Shown here: piece by piece, positions 28,121-36,624 of the stretch
How positions within the stretch are numbered: position 1 is the first letter of the stretch
How the letters are laid out: each line of letters begins with the position of its first letter
Origin: a virus
Taxonomy: Duplodnaviria > Caudoviricetes
Virus record (IMG/VR): IMGVR_UViG_3300032257_000047
Span: 1 to 39,277 of that record
Length of the DNA stretch: 39,277 nucleotides
Direction: 5' to 3' (one strand)
The notes under the pieces: generated by a model
What the model saw: the letters and a program-made list of their open reading frames with translations, nothing else
Told to the model about the DNA's origin: nothing
Database searches by the model: none
Position numbers and translations under genes: made by a program

Positions 28121-28266
28121 TATTTTCTAACGTCTTTACCTTGTACACGCTTAGAATCGTCATCTTTAGTCTCACCCTGAGACATAATCTCATCCAGACG
28201 CTTCTTTGTTTTGTCTTTACGCTTCCTTAGCAGATCAGCTGCTCGCTCTAATAAACCTTTAGACAT
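28120..28266 (-). CDS. Small basic protein coupled to terL (not in ORF track)
   Basis: MSKGLLERAADLLRKRKDKTKKRLDEIM... (48 aa); GAGGA RBS and TAATG overlap. Confidence 0.65.
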   Translation of the reverse strand: MSKGLLERAADLLRKRKDKTKKRLDEIMSQGETKDDDSKRVQGKDVRK

Positions 28267-28606
28267 TGTATTCCTCTAATTTCTTAGTTAAACTCTTGAC
28301 TGTAGCATTAGGATGTGCTTCTTTACCTGTTTTGAGTAAGTACTCACGTTTAAGCGCATCTAACCTCTCATCTGCTACAGTTAGTACAACATCCTCTGAA
28401 TCTTCTAACTCAGCTAGTTCAGCTAACAACGCCTCTTTACGGGCTGCTTGAGACTCTATTCGATCAGGTAATTCCTTACCTACAGCCCATACAGGTAGGT
28501 TATCCTTAGGATCTTTTTTACAAGTACTAAGGAAACGATCACAATGTTCCTTACTTGGAGAGATCATCTTTGTACCGTAATAACGGTTAACTAGTTCGTA
28601 TTGCAT
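28259..28606 (-). CDS. Hypothetical protein with a possible C-terminal HeH-like motif
   Basis: AGGA RBS; ends in GKEAHPNATVKSLTKKL. Confidence 0.6.
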   Translation of the reverse strand: MQYELVNRYYGTKMISPSKEHCDRFLSTCKKDPKDNLPVWAVGKELPDRIESQAARKEALLAELAELEDSEDVVLTVADERLDALKREYLLKTGKEAHPNATVKSLTKKLEEYNV

Positions 28607-28746
28607 AAGTTTTCCTATTGTAGGGCAAAGCCCTTAGGTTGTGAAAACATAGCCGTAGGCGTATGCCCTTTGGTTATGCGTTAGTGTGTAAGGTGGGGAA
28701 CCGAAGCTCCCCTGGAATCAACCCGCACGAACGGCGTAACTCCGAA
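28607..28746 (-). ncRNA. Putative structured intergenic RNA (multi-hairpin leader)
   Basis: GC-richer 140-nt gap with four stem-loops, including GGGGAGC-UUCG-GUUCCCC. Confidence 0.35.
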
Positions 28747-29151
28747 TTATTGTTCTATCACCTTCTCTGGCTCCATGACAGTTATATTAGGTTCAGCAGT
28801 CATTGAATCAACGTTGATTACTACCTGCATGTTACCACTTGCTTTAGCTCCTGTTACATCAGCTACAGGCATGATACGATCCATGATCAACTTAGCTGCT
28901 GTCATATCGGCACCCTGACGAACAGGGTTGCCTTCTTCATCACGGACAATCTTACCAGACTTGTCCCTAATGATCTCCCCTAAAGCTTTATCTACTACAG
29001 CTCTAAAGACTTTCTCACCTTCAGTTTCTAGCAACGTCTCAAAGCCATCTCGCATAGCTTCTTTGAATAACGTAGTCTTGTTCTTAGCACCAGGAGGTCT
29101 TCCACCTACACCTGCTATTGAACCTGTTTTAGTACGTTCTATCTCAGACAT
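28747..29151 (-). CDS. Probable terminase small subunit
   Basis: GGRPPGAKNKTT N-terminus and AAKLIMDRI helix; upstream of terL. Confidence 0.7.
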   Translation of the reverse strand: MSEIERTKTGSIAGVGGRPPGAKNKTTLFKEAMRDGFETLLETEGEKVFRAVVDKALGEIIRDKSGKIVRDEEGNPVRQGADMTAAKLIMDRIMPVADVTGAKASGNMQVVINVDSMTAEPNITVMEPEKVIEQ

Positions 29152-29311
29152 GGGCTAATGCCATGAAATCAACTATAAGTGTTCTATAAGCTTCCGTTTT
29201 AGCTTTTAACTGAATCACCTCATTCTTTAATCTACGGAGTTCTAATTCGTTATCATTAGCTATAATCTGCTCTTGTTGTTCTTTCTCTGACCAAGATGGT
29301 TTTCTGTCCAT
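29144..29311 (-). CDS. First late-arm gene; 55-aa coiled-coil protein (not in ORF track)
   Basis: AGGAG RBS; MDRKPSWSEKEQQEQII...; overlaps the terS start. Confidence 0.65.
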   Translation of the reverse strand: MDRKPSWSEKEQQEQIIANDNELELRRLKNEVIQLKAKTEAYRTLIVDFMALAHV

Positions 29312-29361
29312 AGTATCTCCTAGTTACAGAAACGTAGTCCTGTTAGTCGAATAGTCTTAAT

Positions 29362-29374
29362 AATCAAGTACTTA
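29362..29374 (+). promoter_or_regulatory. IHF consensus site
   Basis: AATCAAGTACTTA matches WATCAANNNNTTR. Confidence 0.5.
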
Positions 29375-29376
29375 GT

Positions 29377-29696
29377 TAGAGGTGATACTTTTTACCAGCT
29401 CTAGTTTAATACCTACGGAGTATATCCGCATAAATATCTCTTGTCAAGCGATATTGGGAATTATTTTCACTATTTTCACTTATTTATACGGCCAATTGGG
29501 CTATATAAGGAGCATTAGAGGTGTTATGGGGTTGTATGTAACTCATTAAGAGCATTCTCAAATCCTCTCCTCGCAAGTTTGGGGGTCATATCCCACATAT
29601 CAACCACAGCCACAGGGGGTGGGGGTACCTTACAGGGATTGCAAAATGCAATGTACATAGCACCAGTACATTCCTAGAGGTGATAATATTTACCAG
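29377..29696 (+). repeat. 22-bp direct repeat (29377-29398 and 29675-29696) with a partial third copy at 29516-29526
   Basis: TAGAGGTGATACTTTTTACCAG vs TAGAGGTGATAATATTTACCAG (20/22); TAGAGGTGTTA. Confidence 0.8.
29419..29447 (-). promoter_or_regulatory. sigma70-type promoter for the structural arm
   Basis: On the - strand: TTGACA (29447-29442), 17 bp, TATACT (29424-29419). Confidence 0.8.
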
Positions 29697-29769
29697 GTCG
29701 ATACAATGTATATACTTAAGAGTTATCCACAGGTTATCCACAATACTTATCCACAGTTGCATAATGCAA
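29639..29769. promoter_or_regulatory. Two TTGCA-W3-TGCAA palindromes (LuxO-type boxes) at 29639-29651 and 29757-29769
   Basis: TTGCAAAATGCAA and TTGCATAATGCAA. Confidence 0.6.
29723..29755 (+). promoter_or_regulatory. Three tandem perfect DnaA boxes
   Basis: TTATCCACA at 29723, 29734 and 29747. Confidence 0.9.
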
Positions 29770-29889
29770 TCAGATTATGGGGAGTGAGTGTGGTTGTGGG
29801 TGACCATTAAGGATAATAACCATTCATTAGTTATCGTGACCATTCAACACATACTATACGTATTAACCAGGTAATTACATGGATAAGCT

Positions 29890-29899
29890 ACCGTTCGTC
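29890..29899 (+). promoter_or_regulatory. AlgR-type binding motif
   Basis: ACCGTTCGTC, an exact match to the AlgR consensus. Confidence 0.45.
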
Positions 29900-29974
29900 A
29901 GTAAATATAAATAATACTTGTATTCGATTGACACGTTTGTATACTTAACACATAACATTAAATAAGGGAACGAC

Positions 29975-30190
29975 ATGACCACTAATTACACGCCAGACGT
30001 TATAAACTTCGCATATCAGATAATTGAACTACATGAGCAAAACATTGACCTGAAGCGAGAGGTTAAGCATTATAAGGAGATGCATAAACTTAACTCACAA
30101 ACGATTAACAGATCTATAGAAAGTAGTTATGAGACTATCGGTATGTGTATATCAGCTTGCTTAGACCCAAAGTCTAGTATTAATACATAA
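29975..30190 (+). CDS. First early gene; hypothetical coiled-coil protein
   Basis: AAGGGA RBS; 71 aa. Confidence 0.6.
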   Translation: MTTNYTPDVINFAYQIIELHEQNIDLKREVKHYKEMHKLNSQTINRSIESSYETIGMCISACLDPKSSINT

Positions 30191-30207
30191 AGAATGGCGA
30201 TACATAA

Positions 30208-30224
30208 CGCACCAATTTGGTGCA
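30208..30224. promoter_or_regulatory. NtrC-type binding site
   Basis: CGCACCAATTTGGTGCA vs consensus TGCACCAWWWTGGTGCA (16/17). Confidence 0.55.
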
Positions 30225-30480
30225 AGCCATTAGCTTGAGTAGTCTCAGGGATGAGACTACATAGCCAGGAGGGCAAAGTTAACGTATTGTTATAAGATGT
30301 ATACTAACTCTATACATTACTATCAGCTTCTGATCATTGATATAGTCTATGGTATGTAGTAAGTAGGTATAAGATAGTATGATAGATAAGTATGTATATA
30401 AGATAGGTATATAAGTAGGAGTAGTTGTAGATAATATATCTATCTAATTAAAAAGATTAATAGATTATATCATATTCTAC

Positions 30481-30510
30481 TTGACAGTACAAACAGACGT
30501 ATAATAGAAT
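30481..30510 (+). promoter_or_regulatory. sigma70-type early promoter
   Basis: TTGACA, 18 bp, TAGAAT, with an AT-rich upstream region. Confidence 0.6.
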
Positions 30511-31245
30511 ACATGGTACTAACTAGCTGATAACTAGGTATAGCTCAATATAGCTATATAGACAATCAGATAAACGGTACTAAAACAAGAGAATAAAGGC
30601 TTGTATCTCCGCACTAGATGCGGTTAAATAGACACAAGATAACTGGAGATATAGTATGACTGAATTAGAACAATTAAAACATCAAAGAGATGCTATTGTT
30701 AAAGCTATAGATGCTATAGGTAAACTTAACGATCAAGGGCTTACTATGTCTTACGATACAGACAAGTTAAGCATAGCTAGACAAGCTAATAAATCAGCGT
30801 TCTGGGAAATAAATAACTTAATACATGAACTAGAGAGGCGGCTATAATGTATGTATATGTGATTATTGACCACTTAGAAGGCACAACGCCTTACTACGTT
30901 TCTTCATTAAAGAAATCTATTAAATATGTCACCAAAAGAGGGTTCTTACACTTTAAACAGGAACATAGCTATAAGAACTATTATGAGTACTGGGACGGTT
31001 GCCACTACATTATGTCAATACATAGAGAGATAGTTAATTAACTACATTTAAGATAATAATGGTAAGATTATGAAAACATACGCAGTTAATGAGCTTTATA
31101 CAGGTAAAGAATTAGGTATAGTCTATGCTAAGAATCAAAAAGATGCTGATAGAAAGGCAAGTAAGTTGTACTCTAACACCTTAAGCGTAAAACTTTATGA
31201 ACAGCATATCGCAGACCTTGAGCTACAGGCTAAGATTGACAAGTT

Positions 31246-31689
31246 ATGAAAACCATATATGCTACAGACCTACACCTAACACCAGACTTTAATGAACTTA
31301 TAGAGAATGAAATTATGAACATTACACAGAACGACTACAACACAGAGATAAAGAGCATAGCTGAGTGCATGGTTGAAGCTGCTTTCAATGAGTACGATGA
31401 AGTAGAGACTATAGAGCAAGCTGAGGAGCTTATTAACGATACATTACTCCATGAGACAATAGACTCTCATCAATGGATTATCTATTACTCATACAATGAT
31501 GATGTAATACGTTATTCAGACAATGCTGATGCTTACCAGGATATTTATAGCAATGAAGATGTAGGAGCTATGATAGTAGATAAAGGGCTTGATAACTTCG
31601 GTATTGTTAGAGCTTACTGGGCTATGTATACTGATGTACAGGAACAACTACAAGAGGCTTTAGATAGCTATGAAGGAGAAGAAGCATGA
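31246..31689 (+). CDS. Ocr-like acidic DNA-mimic protein (start may be 31315)
   Basis: Strong D/E excess. LHETIDSHQWIIYY parallels T7 Ocr IHMAADNAVPHYY. Early position. Confidence 0.6.
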   Translation: MKTIYATDLHLTPDFNELIENEIMNITQNDYNTEIKSIAECMVEAAFNEYDEVETIEQAEELINDTLLHETIDSHQWIIYYSYNDDVIRYSDNADAYQDIYSNEDVGAMIVDKGLDNFGIVRAYWAMYTDVQEQLQEALDSYEGEEA

Positions 31690-31982
31690 ACAGATCAAGA
31701 GCAAAAGAGTTACTACCTATTATCCAAGCCTTTGCAGAAGGTAAGGATATTCAATGGCAGTTTGACGATGAGCCGGATAAAAGCACATGGCGGGCTGCAG
31801 GTGATATTAAAGAAAGGGCTGATTGCATTTACCGCATCAAGCCTGAACCTGAAGTTATTTATGTTAATAAGCCAATCATAGGTAAAGGATCTGCATATTC
31901 TTCACAGTATGCAGCTAAAGGCGCGGCGCTAGGTACTAATCATCAATACATAGCTAAGAAATTTATAGAGGTAATAGAATGA
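31686..31982 (+). CDS. Hypothetical phage protein (LLPIIQAFAEGK.IQ...YRIKPEP)
   Basis: Recurrent phage hypothetical motif; AGGAG RBS. Confidence 0.65.
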   Translation: MNRSRAKELLPIIQAFAEGKDIQWQFDDEPDKSTWRAAGDIKERADCIYRIKPEPEVIYVNKPIIGKGSAYSSQYAAKGAALGTNHQYIAKKFIEVIE

Positions 31983-33212
31983 GAACACAAGAGCAGTACG
32001 CTGTTAGTAATAACAATGCTATACACACGTTAGCTGATGCCGTTACTGATTGTAATATAACTGTTAGTGAACATACATACAGTATTGAGCGTATAGAGCG
32101 TACACGTATGGAGTTAATCAAATGAACTCACTAGGAGAATAGGATGAAGACATTTATAATTGGACTTATTTCAGGAAATTACTTTTACCAATATATGCAA
32201 GATATGCCTAGTTACCTTGTGGCCACAGAAAGAACATATTTTATGCTTGTGGGAATTGGTATTTTTTATCTTCTTTTAAAATTGCAAGGCAGAATTTAGC
32301 CTAACCAACTAAGGGGATGAAATGATCTTATTAATAGCCAGCATGAGGGAAGAGTAATGGAGTGGATAAGTAAGGCATATTGGCCTAAAGATGCTGGATT
32401 AAGCTTAGGAAACGAAGAAGGATCTAGTACAGATACGCACAGGTCAAGAGAAGAAGCAGTAAGTGTATGTAGGTTACTGGAAAAGCATGGTTTTGGCGGC
32501 GAAGGTAAGATTTTGCCTATTAAAACAGAAGTTATAGAACCACCAAAGGACTAACCATGAAATACGAATCACAAATAACAAACTTTTTAATCGGGCTAAG
32601 TATTCCATTGCTTGTGGTATTTAGCGTACTCGGAGGATGAAGTGTTCAGGTGTGTATATCCAGGTTACTGGGTAAGTAGATGTGGCTTTGAGGTGTATCA
32701 GATAAGCGGTACTATACATGGTAAAAAAAGCTATATATTATTCGATAAAGGTGCTAGACTTAATATATACCAAACAATGAAACAGGCTAAGAAGGCAGCC
32801 TGCTAGGAGAAATGTAATGAGTAAAGATACAGAGATTGAAGTAGTAGTATCAGGATATGCAGCTAAAGATGAGTACGATGATGTTTTTATAGCCGTAACA
32901 TCTTTAGATAGACATATCCCTTTCCCTGTTGATTACAGGGTAGAGAGAGGCTATAATGTAACTAATAAGCTTTTCGGAGCTGATAAAGATTTTATTGACT
33001 CTTTAACTAACATTCAAGAAGTGGAGCTAGAAGATGCTTAAATTACTCTCGTTCGATGAAGAAATAACACTTGACTACACGAGTATGCCATTCGATGACT
33101 CAGAAGGGGCTCAATACAGAGACATTAAGCTCTCAGAGGCTTTACACGGCTTCGAGGATGCAAGTCTTGATGATTGCCTAGAGTTAGCTGATATATTACA
33201 GGAACAGGGGAT

Positions 33213-33821
33213 ATGAGGGTATTGAACTTATATGCTGGGCTAGGTGGTAACCGTAGACACTGGAAAGGCTGTGATGTTACCGCGGTTGAATATACACAAG
33301 CAATAGCTGATGTTTATAAAGAACAATACCCAAATGATACCGTGATAGTAGGTGATGCACATCAATACCTATTAGAGCATTACCAAGAGTTTGATTTTAT
33401 ATGGGCTTCACCTCCTTGCCAGAGCCATAGTAGAATGATTAGATCTGGGAAGAATAGAAAACCTCGTTATCCAGATATGAAGCTTTACGAGGAAATCTTA
33501 TTTTTAAAGCATAATTTTATTGGGCACTGGATAGTTGAAAATGTTAAACCTTATTATGACGTGTTAATACCTGCTAAGGCAGTAGGCAGGCACTTGTTCT
33601 GGTGCAACTTTGAGTTCAATGCTGAAGAGGTTAAACAGCCAAAAGGTTTTATTATGAAAACAAATACCGAAGGGGCAGAGGCTCTTAAAGAGTGGCTAGG
33701 TATTCAGTACAAAGGTAATCTGTATTATGAAGGTAATCATTGCCCTGCTCAAGTACTAAGGAACTGTGTACACCCAGAGTTAGGCCGCCAGGTTTTTGAC
33801 GCTGTGAAGGAGTTGAAATGA
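33213..33821 (+). CDS. DNA (cytosine-5)-methyltransferase, short form
   Basis: Motif I LNLYAGLGG, catalytic motif IV WASPPCQSHS, motif VI IVENV and motif X-like LRNCV.P. Confidence 0.85.
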   Translation: MRVLNLYAGLGGNRRHWKGCDVTAVEYTQAIADVYKEQYPNDTVIVGDAHQYLLEHYQEFDFIWASPPCQSHSRMIRSGKNRKPRYPDMKLYEEILFLKHNFIGHWIVENVKPYYDVLIPAKAVGRHLFWCNFEFNAEEVKQPKGFIMKTNTEGAEALKEWLGIQYKGNLYYEGNHCPAQVLRNCVHPELGRQVFDAVKELK

Positions 33822-34993
33822 AAACATTTAAACCAGATCTGAAGCAGATATTCTCAGGAGTACAATGTACTGAAGCACGGTGTGAAGATTGCCCTTACCT
33901 GGCATCTTATATAGAAGAACATGAAATATGGGGGTGTAAAGAGCGTGAACGTGTATTAGAATGCAAGGGTAATCATCTTGTCTGTCAAATAGTTGAACAA
34001 GAGGCAGAAGATGTACAGAATTTCATTGATGATAACACAGAGAGCTTCAATTTTATTGAGATCTCTTAACTAACGTTGACAATAAACATAGGTAGGAGAT
34101 AGAGATATGCCATATATATTAGCAGAAGACGAGAAACCAATGAGTGGTGTGGATGTTTATGTTGTAACCGATGGCGGTCATAAGGGAATAGCCAAATATT
34201 GGGATGTTTTGGGTCGTTGGCTTACAGCCGATCAAGCAATACATGATGAGAAAGTGAAAAAATGGAAGTATGCAGAAGCAAGTTAGATTAATTAATAGGA
34301 GAATAGATTGATGATAATACAGAGATGCTGGAGAAAGTGTTGTGAGTAAACGCAGAGATTTAACATGGGAAGATACGATACACGGGTTCAAGGAGGTGAC
34401 ATTGCATGGTGACTGGGATTTAATGGACAGACGAGTAAAAGCCTTGAATAAAGTTGCTCTCCGTGTTAAGGTTACAGATCCAGAAACTTATTTATTATTC
34501 ATAGGTATGATGGGACAGATAGCTGACCAGATATACTTTGATTAACCCCTACACAAGAGGAAATACAATGAACTTAATAAACTTTAAAAAGAAAGCAGAT
34601 GCACCAGAATCAATTGCATCTATCGAACCGCTGTGCAGCCTACCAGACACGTTATCCATGTATGAAGATGGCGAGTATTACGCACCACTTGAGCCTAATA
34701 ATAAGGCTCTTAATGATCCTGCTAGATTCGGTGATACCGTGTCTATTTTACGTAGTGATATTGAACGGTATTACGATGTAGCATAAGGGGAATATGATGA
34801 GTGACGATTTAACTGATGTAATTATAAAAGATGAATTATGCTCGCAGTGTGATTCTCCATCTTTAGTTTGGCGGCACTGCATGAATGTGACTTGCCCTAA
34901 TAAAAATTGTCATGTTATTGATGATGTTGAGACTCAAGAGCTTATCGTTTCGTCATGTGAAAGGTTAAGAAAAGGCGATACTTTATACACAGC

Positions 34994-35538
34994 AGCCGAC
35001 CTACAGCGTGAGAAGTTTGCGTTGTTGGATGAGGTTGTTGGAATCTGTGACGAGTTAGAAGAAGACGGAAAAATAGGGGTTTATGGGTTGATGTTAGCTT
35101 TGAGTGATATAAGAGGTCGCACATAATGATTGCAGATAATAATGTAGAACTTAAATGGCTTGTTACGCACTACAAAGGCGGGCAAAAATCTGAACCTGTA
35201 TTGATGCAGAGATTTAGAAATGTGTACAGTGACAATAGTTATGTAGGTCAAAAAGTGAACCCACGTTGGGGTGAGTGGGAAGCTGTACCAACTGAAACTG
35301 TTCTTAGTGATGAGGAAATACGATGAATGAATTATATGTAGTTATTGATGGTGATGATGGGGACTTGTTGGGTGCATATTTTAATGAGAAGAAAGCAGAT
35401 GATGAAGCAGAAAATTTATTGCAAAGTTACCCTTTGATGCGCGTAGAGATTACGACTATCGAGGATATGCCTATAACCTACACAGAAGCAGAACACAAAG
35501 CCGACCTACAGCGTGAGAAGCTAGCTTTGTTGGATGAG
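34994..35538 (+). repeat. 40-bp direct repeat inside two different early genes (34994-35033 and 35499-35538)
   Basis: 37/40 identity with the first 22 bp identical; encodes ADLQREK[F/L]ALLDE in both genes. Confidence 0.9.
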
Positions 35539-36423
35539 TTTAAGGAGTTATTAATATTTAGCGGTATAGATGTGAGACTTGCTAATAATTTAACTAACTC
35601 ATTAAAGCAGAGCATACAAGGTGAGTGCCAGCGAGACGATAAACAGAGCGAGGACAAGTGATGACTAACATAGTTAAATTCCCAGCATCAGAAGATGATA
35701 AGTTTTCTTACTTTGAGACCGAGATAGGGCTAGGTATTCAAAGCAGGCATGAGGACGTGAAAATAACCAGAGCTGGCTATATGCCAAACATACCTCTGCC
35801 TAACTCTTTTGTTTTATATCTTGAAAACCCAAGCGCCGTGCCACACAACAGAGACGATCTAGCTGCTTTCCTATGGGCTGCCGCTGCATTTCTTGACTCT
35901 GAGGAACGGTATAGACCTAACGTTGATCTAGTGGGCCTAGATTACGAGCAACCCACCTAACAGGATAAGACAATAAAGGATTAAACCATGACCAATAAAG
36001 ACTATATGCCAGAAGATAATAAATGCGAAGGCGATCAAGATACTTTTGATGATTTTATTAAATATAAAGAGGCCACAAAACCAATCTACTCACAATCATA
36101 TGTAGATAAGCTAAACCGTAAGCATGAGGAACAGCTTAAATACCAAACAGTTGTCGCTTATGATTGTGCTGTTAGAGCAACTGAGGGCGTTCTGAATGCC
36201 AAGCATGAGGCTGAACTTAAGGCGCAGAGAGAGGCTAACTCTTTAAAATCTGATATAGCCTGCGACAGAGAGTATGTCCACGGCTTAAAAGCTGGCTGGA
36301 ATTTATGTGAAGACCAAGAAACTGATAAATTTAAAAGGATAATAAAAAACCGTATGAAAGCAGCTAAGGAAGCAATCCTAAACGCAGGTGATGTATGAGT
36401 GAGTTAACCAGTAGGATAGAGAT

Positions 36424-36624
36424 ATGAAAGGATTAACTGGACTAGCCTTAATTGCTATATTTTTAATTATGGGTACTAAGTATGCTAAAGCAGATGATTG
36501 TGATGTAGATGATTTAACAGACTATTCAGCACATCATTTACTTGTAGTTTGTACGCCTGTTACTGGTGGATATGTGCAGAATCCTTATTATAAAGGTAAT
36601 GATAAATGTGGAGTGATAAAATGA
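36424..36624 (+). CDS. Small exported protein
   Basis: Signal-peptide-like MKGLTGLALIAIFLIMGTKYAKA followed by DD; three Cys. Confidence 0.55.
   Translation: MKGLTGLALIAIFLIMGTKYAKADDCDVDDLTDYSAHHLLVVCTPVTGGYVQNPYYKGNDKCGVIK

Noticed and set aside
28700-28746. tRNA (GGGTTGATTCC resembles a T-loop)
   Set aside because: It lacks the TTCGA consensus, and I could not build a cloverleaf, acceptor stem or anticodon arm.
12200-29158. Many + strand ORFs antisense to the structural genes (for example 15034-15414, 16773-17210, 25447-25872, 27174-27539)
   Set aside because: These are shadows of codon bias in well-supported - strand genes, with Ser/Leu/Pro-rich translations and no recognisable motifs.
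29723-29755. CRISPR mini-array
   Set aside because: The repeats are 9 bp with 2-4 bp spacers and match the DnaA box; there are no cas genes.
29918-29945. Early promoter using TTGACA at 29928
   Set aside because: TATACT is only 6 bp away. The alternative TTGTAT-16-TATACT is possible but too weak to list as a feature.
30336-30560. Additional LysR/OxyR-like dyads
   Set aside because: Short AT-rich dyads are expected by chance in this low-complexity tract.
34994-35538. DGR template/variable repeat pair
   Set aside because: There is no reverse transcriptase, the repeat is only 40 bp, and the mismatches are not adenine-specific.
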